From an uncultured virus (IMG/VR IMGVR_UViG_3300041405_000133) (taxonomy: Duplodnaviria > Heunggongvirae > Uroviricota > Caudoviricetes): a DNA stretch of 64,000 nt. Both the position numbers and the translations under genes were made by a program. A model generated the notes under the pieces. It did no database searches and was not told the origin of the DNA. It worked only from the letters and a program-made list of their open reading frames with translations. Within the stretch, counting starts at the first letter, position 1. Every line of letters begins with the position of its first letter. Below, one piece after another: positions 10,703-20,376 of this stretch. The stretch is taken from positions 62,001-126,000 of the IMG/VR virus record IMGVR_UViG_3300041405_000133; one strand, 5' to 3'.

Positions 10703-10740
10703 GCATACATCGCCCGGCCTTCTTGGCCGGGCTTTGTGCC
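10703..10740 (+). terminator. GCATA-hairpin-TTTRTGCC terminator element
   Basis: GCCCGGCC/GGCCGGGC stem flanked by GCATA and TTTGTGCC. Confidence 0.7.
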
Positions 10741-10755
10741 GTATAAATCGTATTC

Positions 10756-10790
10756 AAAATAATTACAGTCACACATTGTTGGAGTAGATA
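10756..10790 (+). promoter_or_regulatory. Putative early (vRNAP) promoter
   Basis: AAAA-N-CACATTGT (10772-10779). Recurrent intergenic motif resembling the phiKZ early consensus TATATTAC. Confidence 0.65.
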
Positions 10791-10841
10791 AACACTACGA
10801 TAGCCATTCCGGTTATCTATCTAACGACCGTGGAGGTCACA

Positions 10842-11288
10842 ATGTCCAACGCAATCAAAACCCTGCAAGCTGCTTTCGATCGTATTGAAAACGTTGTTGA
10901 ATACAACGAAGAGTTCAACAACGGTACTGGCTACTTCGACCATCTGGTGAATCACGACACCGGCCTGGAAGTTGGTCAGCGCTTCAAGATGCAAACTCCA
11001 ATGCCGAACAACCGCAAGGTCATCGGCGTGGTTACTCCTGTCGGTAACGCAGTGTTCTTCGAACGCTACACCGGTGGCGAGCGCGGTATCGTTGCACGCA
11101 ACATCCCATCGTCCTTCAGCGGCATCTTCATTGAAGGCCAGGTTTCCGATGAGCTGCTTTCGATGGCAATCGGTTCCGCTGAAGGCTACAATCGCAACAT
11201 CGGCCACATGCTGAAAGCCGTAGTTATTAAAGCTACTGGCAATGGTTTCATGGAAGCTAAGGCTGAGAAGCCAGCAGACCTGAACTAA
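10842..11288 (+). CDS. Early hypothetical protein
   Basis: GGAGG RBS before ATG 10842. Directly downstream of an early promoter motif. Confidence 0.75.
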   Translation: MSNAIKTLQAAFDRIENVVEYNEEFNNGTGYFDHLVNHDTGLEVGQRFKMQTPMPNNRKVIGVVTPVGNAVFFERYTGGERGIVARNIPSSFSGIFIEGQVSDELLSMAIGSAEGYNRNIGHMLKAVVIKATGNGFMEAKAEKPADLN

Positions 11289-11315
11289 AAGATTTATAGC
11301 TACACATTGTAAACT
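11287..11315 (+). promoter_or_regulatory. Putative early promoter
   Basis: AAAA-N-CACATTGT at 11303-11310. Confidence 0.6.
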
Positions 11316-11363
11316 CGCAACACACCTAACCTTTCGAAACAATTTGTTATTTGGAGATACACC

Positions 11364-11612
11364 ATGTCTGCTGAAATCGCTCAAGTTGCTGCTCAATCCG
11401 TTTCTTACCTGCAACGTCTGAAAGACCTGGCTACCGCTCACCCAGTGGGCGCAGTTGTCGCTGGTACTGTCGTAGCCACTGTTGCAGTGGTCGGCGGTTA
11501 CAAGCTCGCCACCAAGATGTTCGGCGAAAAGAAGAAAGAGCCGCACGCTGACGTAACTGTCAACGTCGATGCTCGCCCTGCTGCGGATGCGACTGCCAAA
11601 CCGGCAGCGTAA
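11364..11612 (+). CDS. Small single-pass membrane protein
   Basis: 82 aa with GGAG RBS. TM-like VGAVVAGTVVATVAVVGGY followed by a KKK stretch. Confidence 0.75.
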   Translation: MSAEIAQVAAQSVSYLQRLKDLATAHPVGAVVAGTVVATVAVVGGYKLATKMFGEKKKEPHADVTVNVDARPAADATAKPAA

Positions 11613-11618
11613 CCTCAG

Positions 11619-11665
11619 TCATCAGATCGGTCGGCCAACGGCCGATCTGATGATTTCTTTTTTTT
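11619..11665 (+). terminator. Rho-independent terminator
   Basis: Roughly 15-bp stem TCATCAGATCGGTCG/CGGCCGATCTGATGA plus T tract. Confidence 0.8.
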
Positions 11666-11671
11666 GTATTT

Positions 11672-11705
11672 AAATCAAACACAACCACACATTACCAACT
11701 AGAGA
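11672..11705 (+). promoter_or_regulatory. Putative early promoter
   Basis: AAA-N-CACATTAC at 11688-11695. Confidence 0.6.
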
Positions 11706-11811
11706 ATCAGCTGCAATCACAGCCTCGGTTTCTGTAGATAGTTACATTCGTAGTAAACCCTGTGTTCGAAAGTCGAATACCCCTAACCCGTGTAATACAA
11801 GGAATCGCAAC

Positions 11812-12270
11812 ATGAGCAAAGAATTGAACCCAGCCGTACGCGCCCTGGCCGATGACCTGAAGCCGATCATCGTTCTGGACGAAACCACTGGCGTGGCCGA
11901 AGCTACTGGCGCCGAAGACGTATTCGCCAAGCATCTGCCTGAAGGCATCACCCTCGACACCGTGAAGTCCGTTCAGGACAGCCTGCTGACCTACGCTGCT
12001 GCTCACACCCTGGCCAACGGCGAAGTACAGCGCGATGCAATGGTCAAGAACAAAGACCTGGCGTCCGGCTCGCTGTCGACCAAGATCGGCTACAGCAAGA
12101 TCGAATCCAGCTACCACCGCAAGAAGTCCGGCACCGCCATGGGCAAGCCGTGGGAGAAGTTCGGCGTTTCCAATACCGACGTTACTCTCGGTGTCGGCCG
12201 CAAGGGCTCGGATCTGAAAGCTGTCGTGAACTACCTGAGCGAAGATGCGGCCTCCGTATTCGCCAACTGA
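11812..12270 (+). CDS. Hypothetical protein, probably highly expressed early
   Basis: 152 aa with AAGGA RBS. Very strong C/G-ending codon bias like chmA and phuZ. Confidence 0.8.
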   Translation: MSKELNPAVRALADDLKPIIVLDETTGVAEATGAEDVFAKHLPEGITLDTVKSVQDSLLTYAAAHTLANGEVQRDAMVKNKDLASGSLSTKIGYSKIESSYHRKKSGTAMGKPWEKFGVSNTDVTLGVGRKGSDLKAVVNYLSEDAASVFAN

Positions 12271-12331
12271 TTGCACTGCCTGGGCGCCGTGACTGGAGAA
12301 GGGGCCAACACTTCTCCAGTGGTAGCCGATC

Positions 12332-12364
12332 GTAAAGCCGGGGGTTCGCCTCCGGCTTTATGCC
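12332..12364. terminator. Hairpin-TTTATGCC terminator element
   Basis: TAAAGCCGGGGG-TTCG-CCTCCGGCTTTA-TGCC. Confidence 0.75.
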
Positions 12365-12420
12365 CCTTTATTTTTTCTTAGTATACATTTCACTTTCTCA
12401 CAACCCGTAAGGACTAAAGC

Positions 12421-12744
12421 ATGATCCTCCGCACTTCTGATTTCAAGAACCTTGGCACTCTGGCTGATGCTCTCTTCCGTGAGAGTAAGATCCGCATTGT
12501 GTTTCAGGCTGACGCAGATACACCTCTGCTCAAAGTTCCACACCGCGGGCGTTATGCCTTGCCTATTCTGACTGGCAACATGACTGTCGCTGCGTACGTC
12601 AGCATGATCCGCGGCCCTCTGCGTACTCGTGGTCTCAATGCTGGCGATGATCACATTCTCGCCAATGTAGGGATTACCGTGATCAGTAAGACGGGTAATA
12701 TCCCGGCTGGACAAACCCTCATCAAGAACATTGGTTTCGAATAA
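12421..12744 (+). CDS. Hypothetical protein
   Basis: 107 aa with AAGGA RBS. Confidence 0.65.
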   Translation: MILRTSDFKNLGTLADALFRESKIRIVFQADADTPLLKVPHRGRYALPILTGNMTVAAYVSMIRGPLRTRGLNAGDDHILANVGITVISKTGNIPAGQTLIKNIGFE

Positions 12745-12754
12745 GGATTCATCG

Positions 12755-13279
12755 ATGGATCGTGAACTTGTAGAACTCGTCAGCGAGCAAATGCCGAAGT
12801 ACGAGATTCCAAAGCAGCACTGCGGTCTCATGATCGTAGATACCCCTGAACGTGTTGATGAGCTGTACGAACAGTTCGGGTTCAATGGCACCAAGTTCAT
12901 TCAGATCGCTCACGGTACACTCTGGGATCGTGCCATGTACCGCAATGAACATTCTGAAGATATCCATGTGGTCGTCATGGACCTCATCGATATTAATGAA
13001 CTTCATCGTTTCGGTCCACCATCGCTGGCTTGGGTAGAGTCGTGTATCCGTAACATCTTCGCTCGGTATTACTGCCGGGATGAGAAGTACTTAGCTGCCG
13101 AAGGCGATGAGCGTATCTCTCTGATGCGTCGTCAGAACGGTGGGAAGAACATCGACACCGAGTTTGATATCGTTGCCATGGGTACTAAGGACTTCATCTA
13201 CAAACACAAGCATCGGGGTGTGGGCGGTCCTGCTCAGGTATTTGTAACGAAACCTTATCCAAACCAAACTACTGATTAA
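12755..13279 (+). CDS. Hypothetical protein
   Basis: AAGGA RBS before ATG 12755. Followed by a terminator. Confidence 0.7.
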   Translation: MDRELVELVSEQMPKYEIPKQHCGLMIVDTPERVDELYEQFGFNGTKFIQIAHGTLWDRAMYRNEHSEDIHVVVMDLIDINELHRFGPPSLAWVESCIRNIFARYYCRDEKYLAAEGDERISLMRRQNGGKNIDTEFDIVAMGTKDFIYKHKHRGVGGPAQVFVTKPYPNQTTD

Positions 13280-13281
13280 CA

Positions 13282-13332
13282 GCATAAAGGCCGGGGCGTA
13301 ATGCCCCGGTCTATGCCACTTCTTTTTTTTTT
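13282..13332. terminator. Bidirectional terminator between convergent genes
   Basis: GCATAAAG-GCCGGGGC-GTAAT-GCCCCGGT-CTATGCC plus T tract. Confidence 0.75.
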
Positions 13333-13333
13333 G

Positions 13334-13651
13334 TCACCGTTTGGAGGTTATCCGGTACTTGGTGCTCTTCGGCAGCACAAGCTTACCAACCATCGTCCCA
13401 ATCATGATCTCCCCAGTCATGCTTATGGACTCCAAACGATAGTCACTTCCTTCCAGAAAGCGGCTATCTACACAATTCTGACTGTAGTGGACTACGCCAC
13501 CCAGTTCCCGTAGGGCTTCCCCGACCCTACGAACCTCATCCCTGACGTTTTCTTTGTCCAGGTATACGATGCCACAGGTCCCCACACCTTGCAGCCTCAA
13601 ATCGCTCTCTAGCTCCTTGAGTGACTCAAGTAGTTTGTGTTGTGCTGGCAT
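13334..13651 (-). CDS. Hypothetical protein
   Basis: 105 aa with AAGAG RBS. Ends at the terminator. Confidence 0.55.
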   Translation of the reverse strand: MPAQHKLLESLKELESDLRLQGVGTCGIVYLDKENVRDEVRRVGEALRELGGVVHYSQNCVDSRFLEGSDYRLESISMTGEIMIGTMVGKLVLPKSTKYRITSKR

Positions 13652-13725
13652 AGTGCTATCTCTTTTAGTACTTCACGGTATAAAGCCTGGACTCAACCTT
13701 TCGGAAGAGTCCAGGAGTAACGGTG

Positions 13726-14586
13726 TTACGGAGTTACCAACGAGCCTTTGATCGCATTGATCTGCTCGGTGAAACCCGTTGCAACGGCCGATACGTTGGA
13801 ATCAACGCCGGTGACGAAGTTGGCCTGGTACTGTGGGTCCATACCGCTTACGCGGACGGCATCCATGAAGCCCTGAGCCAATTTGTCAACTGCGTAACCA
13901 ACCTTCTGCCAGCCAGTCCAGGACAGGTTGTAGGTGGCAAGCTCACCATCCTGCTGAAGCTGACGGTTACCGATGTTCTCACCAATTTCCTGATGGAGCC
14001 AGAAGTTGGTGATCAGCCAAGAGTTCTCGACGTAACGGAAAGTCTTGTCGGGCTCGAAGGCGATGATGGTGCCGCCGTACACGTCCGCCAGCTGGTCAGT
14101 GAATCGATCACTTACACCAGTGAGGAGTGGATGGCCGGTATCCGGGTCCATGAACAGGTAACGCACCATGTCTTCCATGAAGCGCATGATTGGACGACGA
14201 TCCTTGTCCACCACGGTGGAGGTGATCTGCGACCGCGCACGCGATACACGGGATGGGGTCTGGAAGACCTCACCGGCGTTACCCAGCTGAGTTTCCTGGG
14301 TGTTAACAGTCAGGGTACGGTTGAAGCCGTTCCAGGACTGCATCCAGTTTTCGATGAAGTTCTTGTAGGCAGCTACGTACAGCTGCCCATTAGGAAGCAT
14401 CATCAGACCGGCGGGCGCTTGCAGCACTTTGATGATCAACGGTTTACGGATGTAGTCCGTAGCCGATGGGTAGTACTGCATGTCGGTCAGGTAGCCTTGT
14501 TGGCCCTGTACCGCCATGTTCAGCACTGTCATCTGAGCGCGTTCGGCGTACGCCTTATTGGTCAGAGTATCTGCATACCGTCCCAT
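13726..14586 (-). CDS. Tail tube protein (phiKZ gp30-like)
   Basis: 286 aa directly after the sheath gene. Size and position match phiKZ-type tube. Confidence 0.8.
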   Translation of the reverse strand: MGRYADTLTNKAYAERAQMTVLNMAVQGQQGYLTDMQYYPSATDYIRKPLIIKVLQAPAGLMMLPNGQLYVAAYKNFIENWMQSWNGFNRTLTVNTQETQLGNAGEVFQTPSRVSRARSQITSTVVDKDRRPIMRFMEDMVRYLFMDPDTGHPLLTGVSDRFTDQLADVYGGTIIAFEPDKTFRYVENSWLITNFWLHQEIGENIGNRQLQQDGELATYNLSWTGWQKVGYAVDKLAQGFMDAVRVSGMDPQYQANFVTGVDSNVSAVATGFTEQINAIKGSLVTP

Positions 14587-14589
14587 TTA

Positions 14590-16656
14590 TTAAGTCTCCG
14601 AAGAACGACGGTTTTGCGCGATGATCGCCAGGTTCTCAACGGTGCGAGCGTTGTCACCAGCCATCTCGATATTCAGGTGCCACGAGAAGTTGCTCTGAGT
14701 ATCGAACGCATCGAAATAAGCGTCCGGAGTCACGTCGACGCGGCCGTCGTACTTACCAGCAGTACGAGCGGTAACCTTGTCGTTTACCATGTCCAGGAAC
14801 TGCTCATCGGTGAGCTGCGAATCACCGGACATTTCACGCCAGGTGATGTGCCCGATCCGCGTCAGGTTGCACGCGATGCACACGTTGATGTACGCATGCA
14901 GAATCGAGGTTTGCTCTTCGTAGATCGACTGGATGCCGGCCCAGAAGAGGCGGCCCATATCGAAGTACTCGGCGTAGTTCATCCCGTTGTCCCAGTCGAC
15001 CTGACGCACTTCAGGCTCTTGGGTCACGACGTTGTGGTCGCGATAACGAGTGATGGTGTTCTGCTCACCACGGCCGAACGATTTCTCGTTCTTCATCTCA
15101 CCGCCTTCAGCGCCCATGTACTCGGTGCCGAGGATCAAGATGTATTCCAGGAATGGAACGATGCCGTCGTACAGATCGTCGATCAGATAACCAGCCTGAC
15201 CGAATACGCAGAAGCGCAGCGCCTTGGTGCCGAACTCGGACGATTCTTGCTGCGCACGGAAGTGCGAACGCAGGGTGATAGCAATCGAGGAGTCTTGCGC
15301 CGGAGTGTTCAGCGGCTTCATCACGTCCTGGGTGCAGGTGTGAACGTAGACGTCTGGACGCGCGGTGTGGAATGCCGAGAACTTCAGCTTGGTGGCAACC
15401 GGGAAACCCGAATCCCAGACGGAGTCGTACGGCATGCGTGCGATGTCTTTGTATGGGACGCCATTGCTGCTGAGGTCGGTCAGGACGGTGTCCATCACGG
15501 CGTTGAAGCTGTCGTTACCCAGTTCACCGTCTGCGCCGCCAGTCATCCACAGGTTGGACAGTTCGCCCAAGAGGATGCCGCCGTCAGCAGGACCTTCAAT
15601 GACGAAGGTATGGTAAGGGTTGCCGTTGATGTCGGTGCCTGTCAGGAAGTTGAACAGGTTGACATCTTTGAACTCTTCAGTGGTGTAATCCGACTCGGCC
15701 GTAGCCAGAGTGGTCAACAGCGCCTGGATGTTCGCATCGTAGAACGCGAACTTCTCGCAAGGACCCCAACCGGTGAAGGCTTGTGGATTGCTTGCTTCGT
15801 AGTTCTTCTTGATAACCTTTCCACCGTAGTACTCGGTGGAGGTCGCCAAGTCGATCGTGCCTTTCTTGAACGAGAAGTCCAGGAATGGCTGGCTACGCAG
15901 CGTGCGCTGCAAAGTAGCGGTCGAAGACTTGTTGGCGCGGTTCACGAACTGAACGCGATAGAGTCGAGCGCCCAGAGTGTCGGCCAGATCTTCGTCAGCA
16001 GGCTGCTGCGACTTGGTAGTCGGAGCGATCAGACGCAGACCGATGTTGTTACCCTTCTCGCCTTCGAAGCGAGCCAGGCCGTCCCAGATTGGGATCTCTT
16101 TCGAGACCGCACCGTCGACGGTGGAAACCAGCAGGCCTTCTGCTTCAGCAGCAGCGCCGAAGGTCGATTCGCCTTGAGCGGTTTTGCTAACAGGCTTCCA
16201 GCGCCATTGAGCGCGGTGACCGGTTGCAGTTTCGCCAGTAGGAATCTTGGCGCCTTGGGCATCGAGCTTCAGGCTACCGTCGGTGTTCCGCTCGTAGAGA
16301 GGAATCAGGTCTTCGACGACATCGAGAGCCAGGCGGAAGGACGCTTGTGCAGCACCCGGCGCAGGCAGACGAACGAAGATCGCTTTACCGGAAGCTTCGA
16401 AATGGCTACGGATGAACTGCGATTGGTGAGTGAAGAACGGAGACAATGGGTCCGTTACACCCGAACCGAACAGCAGGCTCAAGCCCGAGTCGTTTACGTA
16501 GCGACCGTTACCGTACTCACCCCAAGGTGCGAACGATTGGAACAAAGGAAGACGAATCGGAAGGTTCTCGACCGGAAGGGTCAAGTTCGTTACCGTCTCG
16601 TCCTTAACGCCCCGGAACTCAGTCCGTGGCACGGAACTCAAACGACTTACAGACAT
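14590..16656 (-). CDS. Tail sheath protein (phiKZ gp29-like)
   Basis: 688 aa. Sheath-type motifs WMTGGADG, WDSGFP..TK and C-terminal FSWHLNIEM. Divergent from the gp28-gp25 block. Confidence 0.88.
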   Translation of the reverse strand: MSVSRLSSVPRTEFRGVKDETVTNLTLPVENLPIRLPLFQSFAPWGEYGNGRYVNDSGLSLLFGSGVTDPLSPFFTHQSQFIRSHFEASGKAIFVRLPAPGAAQASFRLALDVVEDLIPLYERNTDGSLKLDAQGAKIPTGETATGHRAQWRWKPVSKTAQGESTFGAAAEAEGLLVSTVDGAVSKEIPIWDGLARFEGEKGNNIGLRLIAPTTKSQQPADEDLADTLGARLYRVQFVNRANKSSTATLQRTLRSQPFLDFSFKKGTIDLATSTEYYGGKVIKKNYEASNPQAFTGWGPCEKFAFYDANIQALLTTLATAESDYTTEEFKDVNLFNFLTGTDINGNPYHTFVIEGPADGGILLGELSNLWMTGGADGELGNDSFNAVMDTVLTDLSSNGVPYKDIARMPYDSVWDSGFPVATKLKFSAFHTARPDVYVHTCTQDVMKPLNTPAQDSSIAITLRSHFRAQQESSEFGTKALRFCVFGQAGYLIDDLYDGIVPFLEYILILGTEYMGAEGGEMKNEKSFGRGEQNTITRYRDHNVVTQEPEVRQVDWDNGMNYAEYFDMGRLFWAGIQSIYEEQTSILHAYINVCIACNLTRIGHITWREMSGDSQLTDEQFLDMVNDKVTARTAGKYDGRVDVTPDAYFDAFDTQSNFSWHLNIEMAGDNARTVENLAIIAQNRRSSET

Positions 16657-16809
16657 GTTGTACTCCCAGGAGCTAGTTCTGCGCAGAACTTCGAGGAATG
16701 GTATGGTCAGCGAACTTCAGCCGAAACGCCGAAGTAAGCATACTATTTTTATTCCCGCTTTATGCAAACGAATGTAACTTTTAACTCACATAAGTAGGAG
16801 ACGCGAACA

Positions 16810-17709
16810 ATGTTCGAGACCCCATACCAGACCACTCCATGTTCGCGGTTCTCTTTGGACGAAACCGCTGCTGCGATTCGGAAGCTGGAAATCAATGAAG
16901 AACTGGTTGGAACGGACTTCAGCACCCAAGGTGTGTTGCTTATTCCACCGGGTGTTATTGACATCAAACCATTCCAACAAGTGTTCACTCGCGTCCAGAT
17001 TCCATCCTTGCAAGCACCGGCTGTCATTGATGGCCGCTCGTTGATGCGCGCAGACGGTCGCTTCATTAAAGATGATGCTGCTAAGCACGCTATCTTGGTT
17101 GCTGACTTGGTTGTGATGTGGTACACCCAAGAAACTTCCTTCAAGCGTGACATGTTGAACGTCGGTGATTTCCCAGCCAAGGTTTTCATCTCCTGGCTCA
17201 ACGGGGCAATCAGTCAACGGATTGGTCTCGACCTTGGTCAAAGCACTTTGGTTCGAGCGATGATCGCAATCTACTACGTTCAGCTCTTTGGCCCACTGCC
17301 GGAGAATGCATCTGAGAACGACGTTGATCGTTTGATGGTTCGTGCATCCCGTCTGCTGCCGGCGATGGACCCTACAACTCTCCGCGGCGCACTGGGTGAG
17401 ATTCCTTCACTCAATACGTTTAAAGATCTGATTTCATGGATCGTAAGAGTGTTGGATTCTCCACGAACTCACGACTTGACAGTGGCCTACGTCTACACTG
17501 CATTAGGAGCAAGCTTCGGCCCACTCCATCGTGAAGCCGTCGCCGTCGCCGTCGAATACCCGCCAATGTTCTTGGCGATGCTGTATTCCACCTGCAAAGA
17601 ACGCAGCTATACCCGCACAGGACTTGGCCGGGTTATCGAAGCGGTAATCCGTCAGGGTTCCGATAAAGAATTCGTCAAGAGCATGAACCACCTTATCGGT
17701 CAGAGGTAA
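16810..17709 (+). CDS. Virion structural protein (phiKZ gp28-like)
   Basis: 299 aa with AGGAG RBS. MFETPYQTT start and syntenic position. Confidence 0.7.
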   Translation: MFETPYQTTPCSRFSLDETAAAIRKLEINEELVGTDFSTQGVLLIPPGVIDIKPFQQVFTRVQIPSLQAPAVIDGRSLMRADGRFIKDDAAKHAILVADLVVMWYTQETSFKRDMLNVGDFPAKVFISWLNGAISQRIGLDLGQSTLVRAMIAIYYVQLFGPLPENASENDVDRLMVRASRLLPAMDPTTLRGALGEIPSLNTFKDLISWIVRVLDSPRTHDLTVAYVYTALGASFGPLHREAVAVAVEYPPMFLAMLYSTCKERSYTRTGLGRVIEAVIRQGSDKEFVKSMNHLIGQR

Positions 17710-17713
17710 GCAC

Positions 17714-20332
17714 ATGGTTAGTTCAACCGACTTTCTGGTTGATCACGCCTACCGGAATGCTTGGTGCAGTCCACGGCAAGATCGCCAGCACATCGTAGCA
17801 CCGACGCGGGTAACTAAACGCCAAGGTGCTATCGGTAACGTCAAGCTCGGGATGAAGACTTACAACCTTCCTTCGCTGGGCCAGTGGTATCACGTTTTCA
17901 ACATCGGCGACCTCCCACCTATCTTGGTGGGGATGAACACAATCGTCGATAAATGGGTATCGGTAATGGGGCAGTGTAATGCCACTTCATTACTGGTAGA
18001 TCTGTATACCGAACTCGGTTTACACATCCCGGCCCACAGAGCATATTGGCTGTACACTCATACCGGGCAGTTGGTCATCGCTATTTTGGATACCAAGAAG
18101 ATCGCAAACCTCGGTATTGAGCAGCCGTATATCCGTTGGAGAAGCAACGCTTACTTCGACGAGGGTATCACGTTTCAGAATGACGGCATCGAGATCGCAG
18201 GCCTTACGCCGACCACTCAGGCTCAGTATTCGCTATTCCAAGCGAAATGGCGCGATGCCAAACTGAAGCCTGGTTATGCGTGGGCTTTCGTCAACGGTGT
18301 GCGCGTTAAGGACATCAACCTGACTACCGCGCAGGTCGGGGATATCCTTGAGTACACCTACGACGCTTCGGTTAAGGTTGTTACTGAACTGAAGATCAAG
18401 GACCTCAAGTCGTTCTTGAGTATCCTCGATACCAAGGGTAAGTATCTGGTTCCGCGTGCTGGTGTTTCTGACATCATCGATTATTGCGATGACATCGACA
18501 TCTACATGCTGCGCTACCAATTGGCGCAAGCCTACACTGGTCACTATTACCACCAGAACCAACCGGACTCTGTTCGGATGGTGACTCATCGGGATTACTC
18601 GATTCCGCAGACCTATCTCCAACACTTCATCGATAACATCGCCGGGTGGATCTGGAACGATGATCTGCGTCTGGAAGTGATTGTCCGGAATAGCGGCTGG
18701 ACGAATCGCCCTCTGGTTAACGAGGCGCATCGGATCAAGGAACTGTTCAAGCTTTCTGAGACTAACCGTCTGAAGGCAATGATCGGTGAGCAGTCTCTCG
18801 ATATCTGGCATGCAGCCGAACTCGAGAACAGCTTCTATCCGAAGATCATGCGCGCTGAGTTTGGTGGCATTGATCGTCCGATGGTCGAGAAGGCTTATGG
18901 GTACAACGCGATCGCTAAACTGATCTGCGATGTGCCTTACAAGATTGCTGTGAATTCGCCGTGGGTGGATCTTCCATTCGCAGTGACGCAGTTCTCGACT
19001 GTGTTTGAATACGACGCTTCCGGTCTGTTGCTCGGATGGTACGTTCACGATAACTCGATTCAGTATCCGGTCCACAATGCTGGAACGATGTACATCGAGA
19101 GCTACGTTGGTCGTGGCGGCACCAAGTTGTCGACGGTTTACGATACCGACATGGTTAAGCTGGACTACGGCGTTGACTACCGGTTCTACGTTTGTGACAT
19201 CTGGAACGGCGTTTCCAAGAACAACTGGAAGGACGTAACGGGTGACGATGAGTACTACACCATCTCTAACCGGGTGGTTAGTTGGCACATCGATCAGACG
19301 AAACACCACACGGCAATCCGTGACAGTAGAGACTTCCTGTGTCACACCCTCCAGTTGAACTATCGGGATGACCTGCTGACTCTCACCGTGAATATCGATG
19401 AAGTGTTGAGTGGACGTGTTCCGGTTACCGACGTGATGCGTGTTCCGCCTGGTCAGTTCGACGTGATCCTCAACAAGTACACTCTGGTGCCTGATATCGA
19501 CTACTACGTCGAATGGCCTGAGGTCTGCATCGTCAACAAGATGTATCTGAAACCGGGTATCATGCAGGACGTGACCATTCGTGGTCGTGGCTTCTGTAAC
19601 CCTGACATGACTTTGGAACCGGTCGGTGATTCTGGCTTTGTTGCTTACGAGCAGCTCAGTCATAACGCTCGGTTTAACGTGCGTGACGATAAGGTCTGCC
19701 GTATCTCCATTGCAGGTCAGTTGTATACCCGTGAAGAAGTTGCTTTCAGTGAAGACGGGACAGTGCTTGCCACTGGTGTGAAGAACGGCACGCCGTACCT
19801 GATCACTCACCCGGTGATTCCGATGATGGGCGTAACGGATACCGACACCTACACATTGAAGGCTGTTTCTGATGCCATCGATGAGAAAGTGGAAGGGTAT
19901 CTCACTCAGTACAGACCAGAACCGGTGCAACCTTTGCCGTCTGGAATGCCTGCTTGGTATTCGGTCTTCAGTCCTTTCTGCGCTAAGCTTATCTACGACA
20001 TGCTTAATGGCATTCTGTTGATGGATGAGTTCATGGGTACTTATACCTTGCAGCAGGTGAAGGAGAAGTTGGTTGGTTACGAATGGATTCTCAAGTACGA
20101 CCCAGCTGTACGGGGCGTGAATGATGAATACGTCAAGATCGATCCGCATCCTGAAGCCGATGTCCTTGAGCTCAACATCTACCAGTATCGGTTCTTGGAT
20201 CGGGCGGTCGAAGCTTTCCTCGACGGTAAGGTTCCTCTCAACCACCACTTGGTGATTGTAGAGCCTGGCTACGAGCATGAGCAGGACGATCACCCTCACC
20301 CGCATCGTTCTTGGGACGAAGTGTCGGCATAA
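17714..20332 (+). CDS. Virion structural/baseplate protein (phiKZ gp27-like)
   Basis: 872 aa beginning FLVDHAYRNAWCSP.QDRQ. Aromatic and beta-rich. Syntenic position. Confidence 0.75.
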   Translation: MVSSTDFLVDHAYRNAWCSPRQDRQHIVAPTRVTKRQGAIGNVKLGMKTYNLPSLGQWYHVFNIGDLPPILVGMNTIVDKWVSVMGQCNATSLLVDLYTELGLHIPAHRAYWLYTHTGQLVIAILDTKKIANLGIEQPYIRWRSNAYFDEGITFQNDGIEIAGLTPTTQAQYSLFQAKWRDAKLKPGYAWAFVNGVRVKDINLTTAQVGDILEYTYDASVKVVTELKIKDLKSFLSILDTKGKYLVPRAGVSDIIDYCDDIDIYMLRYQLAQAYTGHYYHQNQPDSVRMVTHRDYSIPQTYLQHFIDNIAGWIWNDDLRLEVIVRNSGWTNRPLVNEAHRIKELFKLSETNRLKAMIGEQSLDIWHAAELENSFYPKIMRAEFGGIDRPMVEKAYGYNAIAKLICDVPYKIAVNSPWVDLPFAVTQFSTVFEYDASGLLLGWYVHDNSIQYPVHNAGTMYIESYVGRGGTKLSTVYDTDMVKLDYGVDYRFYVCDIWNGVSKNNWKDVTGDDEYYTISNRVVSWHIDQTKHHTAIRDSRDFLCHTLQLNYRDDLLTLTVNIDEVLSGRVPVTDVMRVPPGQFDVILNKYTLVPDIDYYVEWPEVCIVNKMYLKPGIMQDVTIRGRGFCNPDMTLEPVGDSGFVAYEQLSHNARFNVRDDKVCRISIAGQLYTREEVAFSEDGTVLATGVKNGTPYLITHPVIPMMGVTDTDTYTLKAVSDAIDEKVEGYLTQYRPEPVQPLPSGMPAWYSVFSPFCAKLIYDMLNGILLMDEFMGTYTLQQVKEKLVGYEWILKYDPAVRGVNDEYVKIDPHPEADVLELNIYQYRFLDRAVEAFLDGKVPLNHHLVIVEPGYEHEQDDHPHPHRSWDEVSA

Positions 20333-20376
20333 ACCCATAGGGGGCGGGCAACCGCTCCCTCTACTGAGTCGAAATT

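Noticed and set aside
10863..10878. 16-bp identity CTGCAAGCTGCTTTCG (LQAAF) shared with the start of gene 26191
   Set aside because: Too short. It uses common preferred codons and there is no further similarity.
14584..14592. In-frame sheath-tube junction suggesting a read-through fusion
   Set aside because: Two consecutive TAA stops make read-through unlikely.
13723..16737. 1004-aa plus-strand ORF antisense to sheath and tube
   Set aside because: Codon-register shadow. Sheath and tube are in the same frame (TAA TAA ATG), and their biased codons rarely create antisense stops. No RBS or protein-like features.
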